The notes below the pieces were generated by a model. It saw only the letters and a list, made by a program, of their open reading frames with translations, did not search any database and was not told the DNA's origin. The position numbers were made by a program, and so were the translations under genes. From NCBI GenBank assembly GCA_020137815.1, contig CM035361.1:4836001-4900000 (forward strand): a stretch of 64,000 nt of DNA, given 5' to 3'. Within the stretch, counting starts at the first letter, position 1, and each line of letters opens with the position of its first letter. Source of the DNA: Hormiphora californensis. Lineage: Eukaryota; Animalia; Ctenophora. This document shows, piece after piece, positions 32,158-64,000 of the stretch.

Positions 32158-34191
32158 ATGCTTCAAGCGAAGAAGGAACCCCAAGACAACACTAAATATG
32201 GGCACCACATGCCACCAAAATCTCTCCACCAAATTCCTCACAGGACCATCCGAAGGTCCGTGAAACATCACGATGACATTCCCACGGATGTCCATTTGTA
32301 CGAGTGTGAGCATTGCGGAAAGGATAATTACAGGCTGATCTACTTGGCAGAGTTCTCAACACAAACGCATCATCAAATAACCAACATACCCTCGCTTTCC
32401 GATATCTACACTCAGACGGATTGTGATTCGGTGATGGAGATTTCCGTTCAAACTGAGCTGCCGGTCAGTGAAGTTTCCACCCAGACAAGGATTCTTGTTC
32501 CTGATCTTCACATCTCAACTCAGACTGAGAAACAAGTCTCAAAAACCTTTTCAACTCAGACTGACAAACAAGTCTTGAAAGCTTTTTCGACGCAGACCGA
32601 GGTTCGAGTATCAAAGTCTTTTGAGACGCAGACTGAGATTCGAGTCTCAAAATCTTTTGAAACGCAAACGGATGTTCGAGTTTCAGAATCGTTTCCAACC
32701 CAAACCGAAATGATAATCCTAAAATCCTACCAAACTCAGACTACCTCTCCGACCTGGAAATGTGTACAAACCCAGGCCATTGTCTCAAATTCTGCCCCGT
32801 CCCAAACACCATCTGTTCACTTTTCCGAAGCTGAATCACAGGCCAGTCCTGACATCCGACATTCCGAAGTTCAAATGGATCAAAAAACCACCGTATCAAT
32901 ATCATCGCAAACTAGTCAGATTGTACCTGCCCCTGCAACATCAAGTCAGTTTGTACCTGCTCCTGCAAAATCAAGTCAGTGTGAAACTACTACTCCTGCA
33001 ACATCAAGTCAGTTTGTACCACCTACCCCTGCAAAAACAAGTCAGTTTGTACCTGCCCCTGCACAAACAAGTCAGTTTGTTTCTACCCCTGTGCTTCCTA
33101 AAATCGAACCGGGACGAACCATATTTGAGCATCTGAACCAGGCGGTCCAAGAAGTCGAAATCGACACAACCGTGTCAGCCGAAATTCAGTGTGAGGAACC
33201 AAGGGAACCCGAAACGGATCAGTTTGTACCTGAGTTTCCTGAAACATTTGGGCATCAGGAGGAAGTGGAAATTGCCACAACCATCTCTCCGAAAATGGGA
33301 AGTGAGGAACCAAATGAACCCCACGGTGATGAAAACAATCAAATTCCCACGCCAGATGTAGCTGAGCCGCCGTCAAGAAAGCGCCGAAAATCAGGCAGGC
33401 CAAGAAAACCAAGGGCGTGTTCAGAGATCACACCAAATCATCAGAAAGTGGATGAAGAAGATGATGCGTCCGTTGAATCGAAAGATACTGGCACCCCTTT
33501 GAGAAAAAGGCGAAGGTTCCCCAACCGCAAACCTAGAGCTATCTACTCTCCCGTCTCCTTGGCCCTCATAAGAGAAGAAGAAAAGTCCAAAATTGAACCG
33601 AAAGATGAGGAAGAGAACCCCCTGGATCAATCAACGGATTCGATAGTTCCCGGGGCGTCGATCCGATGCCCCAGTTGGGATCCGCAACATAAACGATGCC
33701 AGGTCCGGGTATCAACAACACAAGAACTCTACGATCATTTCAAAGCGTCCCACCCGACCAGGGCAGTGCAGTGCAAACTCTGCCCTATGAGTTTCAAGGA
33801 TAAATTCGAAGCAGATCGGCACACCCTCAAACACAAAGGAATCAAACCATTCAAATGTGTGCACTGTGGAAAAGGGTTGTGTACTAAGCAGGTGAAAATT
33901 AAACACGAATCCATATGTTCCGACCCTAATTACTACTGTAAAATGACGGGCTGTAAAGTCAGTAAACCGTCCCAGGAGGAGCTATACCATCACATCAGAA
34001 CGGAACACGTAGTCAGAAAGTTTAAATGTGATATTTGCCCCATGTCGTATAACAGCAATAACCGTCTGACCGAGCACGTATCCACGCATACTGGGTTGAA
34101 GTTGTTCGAGTGTGAGGTGTGTCATAAGAGGTTTTCTAGGAAGAGTAACCTAACCCAACACAAGCAGGGGGTGCATGCTCTAAATAACTGA
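32158..34191 (+). CDS. C2H2 zinc-finger protein with N-terminal TQT-repeat array
   Basis: 677-aa single-exon ORF; about 6 C-terminal C2H2 fingers (HTGLKLFECEVCHKRF); about 12 (S/E)TQT-type motifs; NLS-like RKRRK. Confidence 0.9.
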   Translation: MLQAKKEPQDNTKYGHHMPPKSLHQIPHRTIRRSVKHHDDIPTDVHLYECEHCGKDNYRLIYLAEFSTQTHHQITNIPSLSDIYTQTDCDSVMEISVQTELPVSEVSTQTRILVPDLHISTQTEKQVSKTFSTQTDKQVLKAFSTQTEVRVSKSFETQTEIRVSKSFETQTDVRVSESFPTQTEMIILKSYQTQTTSPTWKCVQTQAIVSNSAPSQTPSVHFSEAESQASPDIRHSEVQMDQKTTVSISSQTSQIVPAPATSSQFVPAPAKSSQCETTTPATSSQFVPPTPAKTSQFVPAPAQTSQFVSTPVLPKIEPGRTIFEHLNQAVQEVEIDTTVSAEIQCEEPREPETDQFVPEFPETFGHQEEVEIATTISPKMGSEEPNEPHGDENNQIPTPDVAEPPSRKRRKSGRPRKPRACSEITPNHQKVDEEDDASVESKDTGTPLRKRRRFPNRKPRAIYSPVSLALIREEEKSKIEPKDEEENPLDQSTDSIVPGASIRCPSWDPQHKRCQVRVSTTQELYDHFKASHPTRAVQCKLCPMSFKDKFEADRHTLKHKGIKPFKCVHCGKGLCTKQVKIKHESICSDPNYYCKMTGCKVSKPSQEELYHHIRTEHVVRKFKCDICPMSYNSNNRLTEHVSTHTGLKLFECEVCHKRFSRKSNLTQHKQGVHALNN

Positions 34192-34543
34192 TCTGAGAAG
34201 AGCAGAAAAGTACCGACACAAGTAAACAACCAATCAGAACTCGTTATTTAGGTCACGTGACTGTTTATCAGCCAATCAGGTACCAGTATTTCCTAATTCG
34301 GTCGGTTCCTACTGTATAGAGCATGGTGCCAAACCCCGGCCTCCGACCAAGTCGGGGGGGGGGTTAGACTAGTGTAGAGCATGTTTCTTTCTGGGAGAAG
34401 AGCACTAATCCTTGATACTGAGAACTTTCAGCTGGTGTTTCTGAAAACCTGATCAATTTGTACTATTTTTAATTTTTTTTATATTCCAGTGTTATACAGA
34501 GTTTATCTGATCTATTTTGTTATTTTACTGAGTTCAATTATAG

Positions 34544-34657
34544 CAGGAACCGACCGAAACAAGTAAACAATGCAACCAAGCAGAACTCGTTATTTAGGTC
34601 ATGTGACTGGTTATCAGCCAATCAGGGACCAGTATTTCCTGATTCGGTCGGTTCCTG
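34544..34657. mobile_element. ~109-bp hAT-like MITE (CAGGAACCGACCGAA TIR); representative of about 12 copies
   Basis: Full copies at 37606-37714, 42414-42521, 42999-43107 (TSD GTTGTACC), 45996-46104 (TSD CTATTGAG), 52442-52550 and 58538-58646; partial copies at ~25625, ~34210, ~42105, ~49830 and ~55537. Confidence 0.92.
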
Positions 34658-34704
34658 ATTATAGCATTTCATAAAACCTCAACTCTTGCAGCACATATTT
34701 AAGC

Positions 34705-35857
34705 ATGGCACGAAGTTCTGCACAAGGCCGAAAGGGAAAGAGCAAGAACAAGAAAGCTGAGCCTGCTGCTGACCAAAATCCCGCTAAAAAGGCTAAACTT
34801 GAACCTGCTGAAAATTCCGAGAATGTTAAACCAGAACCTGCTGTGATGGAAACGAATGCTGCAGTGGCAGTTAAACCTGAACCTGTCACAACAAGCATGC
34901 CTGCCATAAAATCTGAAAGCATTGAAAATTCTACTGCTGCTTTACCACTTTCTGCTGAGTCCACTTCCATTCACACAAACTTCAAAACATCACCAAATAA
35001 GGGTAAGCAATCACGTGTAATAGATATATCACGTAACTGCAATTAAATACCACGTGACTGCAAAATCCTCTCGCCATGCACGTGCATTATTTTCCATTTC
35101 AATTTGTTGTCAGCACATACACAATCAACTCCCTTGAAAACGCTCCCTAAGGATAAGCCTTGTGTCCATGAATAGCCCCCGATCTAGCGACTAGCACAGG
35201 TGCACTCGTTCTACATTCTAAAGGACCTAATAAACATATCCCTAACAACCTCCTAACAACCTCCTACTTCTCTAACGACTAACAACCTCCTAACAACCTC
35301 CTACTTCCCTAACAACCTCCTACTTCCCTAACAACCTCCTAACAACCCCTGACAACCTCCTACTTCTCTAACGACTAACAACCTCCTAACAACCCCTAAC
35401 AACCTTCCACTCCCCTAACAACCCCCTACTTCCCTGTCTATAGCAACCACCATGACTGCTGCTGTTGATTCAACTACCCCCGTTGCCACGGAGAACACCA
35501 CCCCTAACACCACCAAGACTAGTGAGGAGCCGACAAAACCTACAAAGCTAGAGGTTGTTAGTATTGAGGGGGTGAAGGTGGAGGAAGGTGTTGCCAAGAA
35601 GGTCCTCAAGCAGCTGGAGTATTACTTCGGTGACAGGAACCTACCACAGGATAGGTATAATATAGTCCTCTCAGCTCTTTTGATTCATCTTAGAGATAAC
35701 ACTTCTAACTTCTAAGTCAACAGATCACCCTTAACAATAAAAGCACCAAACGCCCCGCTCTGATACAACACACCCCCCTCTCAGGTTCATGCTCAGGGAG
35801 GTGGCCGTTGATAATGGTTGGATCCCTCTTGACACCATGCTTAATTTCAAGCGGTAA

Positions 35858-35912
<55 letters not shown>

Positions 35913-38900
35913 CCTTTCTCCCAAGTCGTAGGATCAAGCCCAACTTCTCTTTCAGGCTGGCCAACATCTGTAACGACAAGGCCCAGATTGCTAAGATTGT
36001 CACCGATGGGAAATCAGAGCTCCTCCAGCTGAACGATGAAAACAACAAAATTAGGAGGAATCCCGAGAAACCGCTTCCTAAGGGAACAGGTACAACACCA
36101 TATATGGGCATCGCCATATTTGGGAATTTATCAAAACACCACCATATATTTGAGCATCATTGGTATATTCAACCACCACTACCCCCTGTAGAAGCTGAGA
36201 AGAACTCCTCTAACGCGAAGACAGTGTACGTAAAGGGAATGTCTACTGATATGACAATTGATGCTGCTGAACAGTGGTTTGAAGCCCATGGTGCCATGGC
36301 TTACATTAAAATGAGGAAGGATGCGGAGAACAAATTCAAAGGGTAAGTTTTCTTTCGGAATTTCCTTTTTATCAAGTCTTAAACTAACTACAGTCGGACC
36401 CCGATTTAACGGCCCCCGATTTAGCGGCACCCCGATTTAACGGCAGGATAAATTTCCCCCGAAAATTTTTGAAATTTTTTTTGAAATTTTTTTTTGAAAT
36501 TTTTTTTGAAAAACCACGTCTGAATCGTGTTTCGAATCGGTGCAACTTATTGCATGTCTTGCCGGTAATTAGACGGTTCGAAACGAACAGATATGTGATC
36601 CCCATGAGGCCCATCGAATCGCAATTTTGACGCTTGTTAAATTGGCCTCATGGGGATCACGTATCGGTTCGTTTCGAACCGTCTAATTAGCGACAGGACG
36701 TGCGATAAGATGCACTGATTCGAAACACGATTCGGACGTGGTTGATATAGTATCTTTGAAAAATTTCCATAACTTTTTTTGCAAAATTTTACAGAATGAT
36801 TGTCAATGCTTTGATCGGTGCTCCCCATGAATTTTCAGAGAAAAATATATTTTGAAATTCGAATTCTTCCTCACCCGCTTAAAGTGCCCCGATTCGGCAT
36901 GGTATCACGTATCTGTTCGTCTAATTAGCAGCAAGAATGCGATAAGATGCACTGATTCGATAAGCGATTCGGACGTGGTTGATATAGTACATTTGAAAAT
37001 TTTTATAACTTTTTTGAAATTATTTTGAAATTATTTTCTTTTTCTAATCAGAAATGATCATGTAATCAATACATGGACATTGCATTTAACACTTAGAGGT
37101 GTTTGGTGTTTTAGTACAGTCGGACCCCGATTTAAGCACACCCTCGGGGGAAAGGCTCTTGTCCACTAAATCGGGGTGTCCACTAAATCGGGGTCAAATA
37201 ATGTTAATTTCCTATATCCGGGGAAAAAATCCTGTCCCTAAATCGGGGTGCCACTAAATCGGGGGCCCCTAAATCGGGGTCCGACTGTATAGCATTTTGG
37301 ACAAAAATAGGGTTTTATGGGCCAAATATGCTCTACCCCGATTTAACGGACACCCCGATTTAACGGACAAAACCCTTTCCCCCGAGGGTGCCGTTAAATC
37401 GGGGTCCGACTGTAATTATCTCATTGCGTGTTAATTAACTAACTAATTAACCATTTTAATTTATCCCCCATTAGATCAGTGTTTGCGGAGTTTTCTAACC
37501 AGGCGGATTGCGATGCCTTCCTAGCTAAAGGTGACCTAAAGAGCGGGGATGAGGTTGTAACAAAGATGCTTCGTGCTGATTACTACAAGGAGAAAAATCA
37601 GGTAACAGGAACCGACCAAATCAGGAAATACTGGTCCCTGATTGGCGGATAACCAGTCACGTGACCTAAATAACAAGTTCTGATTGGCTGTTTACTTATT
37701 TCGGTCGGTTCCTGAAATTTGGTGATTCCTCCTCTTGGTTACGGAGTTACCCATTTACACAGGGGTGCTCGCCCGGAGGGGTAATTTCATAACCAACCCC
37801 CCTCCAGGTAACACCAATATTGTGATCCCCTTCTCTCGCGCGTGTTCTTTTTACCCTGTTTTTAAGATGAAGAGAGTAGTTACAAAATATCTCCCGGACG
37901 CTTTTTCGCGGGGAAATTTTTTGATCCCACCTTTTACTCATCCTTCTTGACACCTCCCTTCTTCCTTGATCAGAAAATGAAAGACACGAAGAACGAGAAG
38001 AGGTCAGCACAGTTGGGAGATGCCGCTACCACACCAGTTGAAGTTGAGAACGTTGAATACGAGGTAAATTAGTTAGTTTGACCACCCTGTTTCGGGTGAC
38101 AAGTCAACCCCAAAAAAGCGGGAAGGGGCGGGAGGTTGTCACCAGGAATTGAAGTCGATTGACCAATAACCAGATATGTTTTACTAACCCCTCAACTACA
38201 TAAAGGTGTTGTATTAACACCCCCTTCCTTTTTTGGGTCACTTAGCCACACGCTGAGCAAACCGCATACCGCCCGGGTATGGGTAACTATGGCGCTAAGC
38301 TCCCCCTTCCTTCCCCACAGAAAGGATTGGTACTACGTGTTGACGGATTAGAGGGGACGGAGCTGACTCGAGAACAATTCAAGGACGTGTTTGAGGGAAA
38401 AGGACTGGAGTGGGTTACTTTTAACAAGGGGGACCCCAAAGCGAACCTTAGGTAATTATAATTAGATTTAGGCCGTAATTAGATGTTTAGTTAGTTACAT
38501 TATTGTGTAATTGACTAATTGATTGCTTAGCTATTAGCTAACTAGTAATAATATAACTGCATAATTTGATCGGTTTTGTTGTAAAACTAGATAATTGTTT
38601 GTGTTAACTCCTTGCACACTGCACTTTCTCCCTAGCAGCTAACTCTACTTCTCACGCTTTGATTTTGCTCTCTTTAGTTAAAATAACGATCTCACCAGGA
38701 AACGACCGAACCGGGTTTTTTTCCACCGAACCGAACCGAACCGAATTTGAAAAACTTTTTTACCGAACCGAACCGAACCGAACCGAATTTCGGTAACCGA
38801 ACCGAACCGAACCATACAAAACTTTTTCTGTATAAATGTTTCTCTAAAAAGTCATGGAGAGCACCGATCAAGGTATTGAGAATCATTCTCTGAAGTTTTG

Positions 38901-40907
38901 TTAAAAAATGTTTGAAAAAATTTCAAAGTCAATTTTGTGAAAAAATTTTCAAAGTCAATTTTTATCGTAAATTTTCTATGTCAATGTTTGCGTACGAATC
39001 GTGTTTCGAATCGGCAATGCTATACGGGAATGGTATTGCTAATTAGCAGGATTAAACGAACCATGAATCGTGTCTCTCTAAATTTCCTAATTAGATTTGA
39101 TGGGGGATCACGTATCAGCACAATCCATCTCGGACCCACTAATTACCAACATCACTCCCGTTTAGCATTGTCGATTAGAAACACGATTCGTATACCATAA
39201 TTTACTTAAAATATTTTTCACAAAAAAAATTTCAGGTAATGATTCTCAATACCTTGATCGATGCTCTCCATGAATTTTTAGAGAAACGTTTAATTTTGTG
39301 AAAAAACTTTGTAAAATATTTCAAAGTCAATTTCGGAAAAAAAATTCTATGTTAATTTTGCCGTACGAATCGTGTTGCGAATCGGTGATGCTATGCGGCA
39401 GTGCTCTCACTAATTAGCAGGATTTATTGAAACATGAATCGTTTCCCCTAAACTTCCTAATTAGATTTGATGGGGGATCACGTATCAGCATAATCCATCT
39501 CGGACCCACTAATTAGCAACATCACTCCCGCTTAGCAATACCGATTCGAAACACGATTCGTACGCAAAAATTGACATAAAATTGACTTTGAAATATTTTC
39601 CAAACTTTTTTACAAAATTTCAGAGAATGATTCTTAACACCTTGATCGGTGCTCTCCATGAATTTTTTGAAAAAAAAGTTTCTGAATTTGTTGACCCTCT
39701 CATGAGGACACGATTCGACGGGAAGTCAGGTATCAAATCAATCCATATCGAACCCACTAACTAGCGAAATCATTTCCACATAGCACCACCGATTCGAAAT
39801 AGGGTTAATACGGCGAAATTGACATTGAAATCCATACAATTTTCGTGAAATAATTGAAAAATTTTGCATGAAAAAGCCCGATTTCTGGGCATTTTTTGAC
39901 CAAAAAATTCGGTGGTTCGGCCAAAATTTCCTACCGAACCGAACCGAACCGAACCGCCCAAAAAACACCGAATTTCCGAACCGAACCGAACCGAACCGAA
40001 TATTCGGTCGCTTCCTGGATCTCACCTACTCATTGCAGTACAGTACAACCCAGTACAGCCTGCACTATGTTCCTACTCATTTTGTTGTTTTTCTTGGACA
40101 GTATGAACAAAACTTTCTCCCACCAGGTTCGCTACATCAGCCATGGAAGCCCTTGAGTCGGTCAAAGTTGACGGAAAGTTCATTGTATCAGAAAAGGAAC
40201 TGACTGCCACGGTAAGTGTGTCTATTATAAATCTTGCCCAACTTTTCGAAATTCGGACCCCGAATTATCGGCATTTGATTTATTTGGTTTCAGTGAATGC
40301 TTATAAATCGGCAATTGTTAAAATACCAGGTATCCCCCTTCTTATGTAATATGTCCTAAGCCTCGTTATCCATATTATGTATGAGAGAGGTTCGAGCAAG
40401 TAATCCCGAGTTTGAAGCTGTTTGGTGATGATGATGCTGTGTGGGCCCACGAGATGTTGCGCGCGGAAAGCCACGTTCAGGGCTGTAAAAAGCACACAAT
40501 TCACGGGTCACGTGATTTTAATAATGCGCGCAGTCCTACATTCATCCACACCAGCTGAATTGGATCCAAAATTCACACTTCACACCCGATTCATGGTGTC
40601 ACCCCGTGTATCACTAATTTCATGAGTAATATTCAGATCAACCAGTTCGTTTGGGAAAGAAAGGTCTTACTTGGTGTCCTATCATTGTTTGGTTAATCTC
40701 TAGGTTCATTTAGAATCAACTTCCCGCCCCTAACTGACCCCCACACTTGTATTTTCCCAGCTGATAGAAGGAGAAGAAGAGGAGGCATACTGGAAGGAAT
40801 CAGCACGTGCAAAAGCCGAGTTTTTCCAGCGTAAGAGGAAGGGTGATGCTGGAAGGGGTGGTCGACAAAGGGGAGGTTTCAGATCCAAGCGAGGCAGGAG
40901 GGATTGA
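34705..40907 (+). CDS. SSB: La autoantigen / LARP3 (La motif + RRM1 + RRM2)
   Basis: KQLEYYFGDRNLPQDRFM...GWIPLDTMLNFKRL; TVYVKG; FKGSVFAEF; LIEGEEEEAYWK; basic RGG-like tail; stop at 40905-40907. Confidence 0.93.
36391..37412. mobile_element. pogo-like element (inverted copy of 358-1178) with a nested short relative at 37117-37287
   Basis: TA TSDs on both; empty site present in the 358-1178 copy. Confidence 0.9.
38696..40017. mobile_element. 1.3-kb hAT-like non-autonomous element with (AACCG)n subterminal repeats
   Basis: TIR CAGGAA(A/G)CGACCGAA; 8-bp TSD GATCTCAC. Confidence 0.88.
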
Positions 40908-41135
40908 GAGGCCTGAGGAGGAGTATTTTAACATCTTTTTACACCTTAACTTATTTATTACAGCACGCATCAGTTGACTCGAATTACATTTTAAAACCAG
41001 ACAATTTCATTTTTCATTTTTTGTTCCTCATTGGGTCTGAAGATAGACTTCCTTTCTCCTTACCTCATTTTATCTCACCCATTTTCTTACGTAGCCCATG
41101 TGAGAGAACGGTTGGTTGATCAAGCGGGGGCAGAC

Positions 41136-41872
41136 ATGTCTGAGAGTTATGGTAAGTTTGGTCCATATTTGGTACATATTCGGTCCATATTTGGTCATTT
41201 TGTACAAGTTTCACTCCTTTTATGGTCATCACTCTCTATTTCCCTTCAGATTTCCTATTCAAGTTTTTGATAATTGGCAGTGCTGGCGTTGGAAAATCCT
41301 GTATTCTTCATCATTTTATCGAAAATAAATGTAAGTTATTTTACCTTCAAAGCTACACTATTTTGTACTTCAATGTTACAATGTTATATACTTCGGCCAG
41401 TAGTTTATTGTCAATAATATTGAACACATATGTTAGTTGGTAACCATCATGCTCTTTTCAGTCAAATCAGAGTCCTCTCACACTATCGGTGTGGAGTTTG
41501 GGAGTAAGGTGGTCACTGCACGGGGTAAAACAGCTAAACTTCAGGTATGTAGTAGCAAATACAGTTGAACCCCGGGATGCTCCGGGGAATGTATTTTGCC
41601 CGGTAAATCGGTAAAACAGCTAAACTTCAGGTATGTACTTGTGGAAACGAATAATAATTTAACAGTTGGGTCCCGATATCCCGGCATGCTCGGGAAAATC
41701 GGGGTCCGGCTGTAACCTTTATCATGGCTCAATGGATATATGATCCTTTATTACAACTATCTTTATTTCCTTAGATCTGGGATACGGCTGGGCAAGAAAG
41801 ATTTAGATCAGTAACACGTTCCTACTACAGAGGTACCTTTCTCTCTCTCACTCTCTCTCTCTCTCTCTCTCT

Positions 41873-41957
<85 letters not shown>

Positions 41958-43467
41958 GTGCAGCGGGTGCTTTGTTGGTTTATGACATAACGTCACGAGA
42001 CAGTTTTAATGCCCTATCTGATTGGTTAACCGATGCTAGGACCCTTGCCAGCCCCAACATTATTATCATACTGGTAAGCAGCTCTCTCAAATAAAATACT
42101 AAAGAAATACTTGTCCCTGATTGGCTGATAACCAGTCACGTGACCTAAATAACGAGTTCTGATTGGTTGTAGAACCCTTGCCAGCCCTAACATTATTATC
42201 ATACTGGTAAGTCGCTCTCTTTGGTGGCGCCGTAACCTCTCTACAACTCAGCCCGCCATGCGGGCTTCGTTTTTGGCGTGCTATGCGCACGAGTTGTAAG
42301 GGTGACTGCGTCACCAACCGCTCTCTCAAAATCACTGAAAATCGTCGGACCCCTATCTCCGGTAAATCAGGGTCCGACTGTGTTTTTGAATACCCCGCTT
42401 ATTGATAATTTAGCAGGAACCGACCGACACAAGTAAACAACCAATCAGAACTCGTTATTTAGGTCACGTGACTGGTTATCAGCCAATCAGGGCCAGTATT
42501 TCTTGATTCGGTCGGTTCCTGGCCTTACCTCTACTTCTTTTGTATGTCAGGACACATTTCTAACCTCCCTCCTTCTAACTGTGTAGGTGGGCAACAAAAA
42601 AGATCTTGAGGATAGTAGGGAAGTGACGTTTATGGAGGCTAGCAAGTTTGCACAGGAGAACGGTTAGTTTTTAATGGGGTGGTTTTCAATAATTGTGGTT
42701 TAGTTGAGTTGTGCGCCCCCACTATAATCATCATGAAGATTATGTCATCGATGATAATAGTGGGGGAGGGGTTTAATCCTTGCTTTATAAGTTCCTGGCC
42801 CTCCTTCTCCTCCAAATTTAATCCAGATTATCCAGACCATTATATAATCCCGTTCAGAGTCCCATTTTTAATTCGTGCTATCCCGTTCAGAGTTGATATT
42901 CCTAGAGACAAGTGCACTGACTGGAGAGCACATTGAGGATACGTTCCAACAGTGTGCCAGCTCAATCCTCTCCAAGATCGATTCTGGTATGTTGTACCCA
43001 GGAAGCGACCGAATCAGGAAATACTGGTCCCTGATTGGCTGATAACCAGTCACGTGACCTAAATAACGAGTTATGATTGGTTGTTTACTTGTTTCGGTCG
43101 GTTCCTGGTTGTACCCGCCTGCCAAGTGCCCCTCTCTCCCCGTCACCCCCCTCCCCCCCCCCTTAGCTTAGCATCGTTACCCACTGTCACATCAAGTTTT
43201 ATCCAAAACAAACCCATTGCACACTTAAAAACTGTCCTAAGATTGCCCGTCTCACTCTAGCGCTATTGAAATGTAAATTTACCACCGCACTCTCGAAACT
43301 TAACTAACTCTCATCCGTATATTCTCTGTCTAATCCCGATCCCCCCAACAGCGGAGCTAGATCCAGACAAGATCGGCAGTGGTATTCAGTATGGTGACTC
43401 CAGAGCAGGGACAACGGTGAGCGGAGGTCGGGGTGGGGGAAACAGCTCAAATTGCCCTTGTAGTTAG
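41136..43467 (+). CDS. RAB4: Rab4 small GTPase
   Basis: [23 protein letters not shown]; [12 protein letters not shown]; [23 protein letters not shown]; ARTLASPNI; [15 protein letters not shown]; C-terminus CPCS*. Confidence 0.96.
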
Positions 43468-43604
43468 GGAAGAAATCCCTCTCTTTTGGCCTGAATGGGA
43501 TTTGGGAAACAGCATGCCCTTGTTCCTGAGCAAGGGTTTTTTGGGGGTTGGAGAGCGATTGAAATTCCTGAAACCCGGGGTTGGAATGGGATTCCTATCA
43601 GTAT

Positions 43605-43829
43605 CAGTGGTCATCCGACATATTCCGACGTGAAATTCGACCTGAATCTCGACCTGGAATGAGGCGCGCATCAGAGAGATGTGCCGCAGTAAGAAAATGA
43701 TGTCGCGCTTCAACTTTTATCTCTCGTTAGTCTTTGTGTCTCTCTCACTACGAATGCGCGCCTCATTCCAGGTCGAGATTCAGGTCGAATTTCACGTCGA
43801 GGTATGGCAATTATGTCGGATGACCACTG
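43605..43829. mobile_element. Palindromic MITE (CAGTGGTCATCCGACATA TIR) just 3' of the Rab4 stop
   Basis: Nested inverted repeats across the element. Confidence 0.75.
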
Positions 43830-44759
43830 TATGATACTTTTGACTGTGGGTAGTTATGTGGTGTTGTAGCTAGGTTAGATCTGTTTAAATAGCCTCTGTC
43901 GTCGGAGAAAGAGAATGGGAGGGGGTAAACTGTTATGAATATCTTATAATTATTGATGATATGCAAAATGAATTGAGAGCCGTGAAAATATGAATATTGA
44001 AATTTGAATTGCTATTTTCAAGACTGTTAATTAGCCAATTATCTAATAATTTTGAAAATTAGAGAAATAAGTTGCGAAATTCGTTGAGAGGGAAATATTT
44101 AATTGTTGATGTGATTGTATTTTTCCATTTCCAAAGAACTGAGTTTGCAATTGTTTCACATCATAATTATTTATGGACATTTCAATAATTTCATTTAGAG
44201 TCACGTCTGTAACACGGCATATTTGAGACTTTATGCTGCAACAATTGGAATGCGCGGCGCGTGAATTTACTCTTCTTCAAAATCAATTTTATTTTATTTC
44301 TGATCTCGTCGGTTTTTCTTGAAAAGCGCTGCCTTATCCCGCGCTGCGCGTGGCGCAGAACAGGGTCAACGTTTGCCAAACTGGCCCCTATCGGGGGCCA
44401 GCAACGTTTGCCAACGGTTTTTCAAAATCACTCTTCCTGCGCTTTTGAAACTCTCTTCAGCGCTCTGAACTCTTTCAGCTTTCTGAACAGTCAACAGGCA
44501 ACAGCTGACTTTAAATGTGCTAACAGCGTCCTTGTTGACTACAAGTGCCAGAATAATTTCTGAAAGCTAAATAAGCAATTTGAATTTATGGTGCCTCCTG
44601 ACTGTCGTCTGCCTCCACTTGAGAAAGTGAACTATCAGAGAGTATATTTAGCAAATACACTCTGATAGTTCACAAATACTATTTGCCCCTTTTTTCTGTG
44701 AACCTATTCTGTTGAGTCGTGTATATTAAATGTATAAATTCCAATTAAAGTAGCCCAAA

Positions 44760-64000
<19,241 letters not shown>

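Overview
Eukaryotic, intron-rich animal DNA. The innexin motifs suggest a ctenophore, which is an inference. Minus strand: the 5' part of an SLC26 anion transporter and two tandem innexins. Plus strand: a tightly packed run of MetAP1, an orphan Ser/Pro-rich gene, a 109-aa orphan, a TQT-repeat C2H2 zinc-finger gene, La/SSB and Rab4, then the 5' third of cytoplasmic dynein heavy chain, which runs off the window. Introns are packed with non-autonomous DNA transposons of many terminal types, a tRNA-derived SINE, a LINE remnant and an inverted Penelope-like insertion with hammerhead motifs. Highlights: (1) an operon-like cluster whose genes each begin at an apparently unpaired splice acceptor, consistent with SL trans-splicing; (2) a 7.2-kb insertion with a 9-bp TSD in innexin intron 1 carrying spliced, decayed cargo; (3) pervasive micro-elements and tandem duplications centred on splice sites, including an apparent newly created intron and a portable 3' splice-site module; (4) the Penelope/hammerhead fold-back inside dynein. 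Gene models were assembled by eye and coordinates may be off by a few bases.
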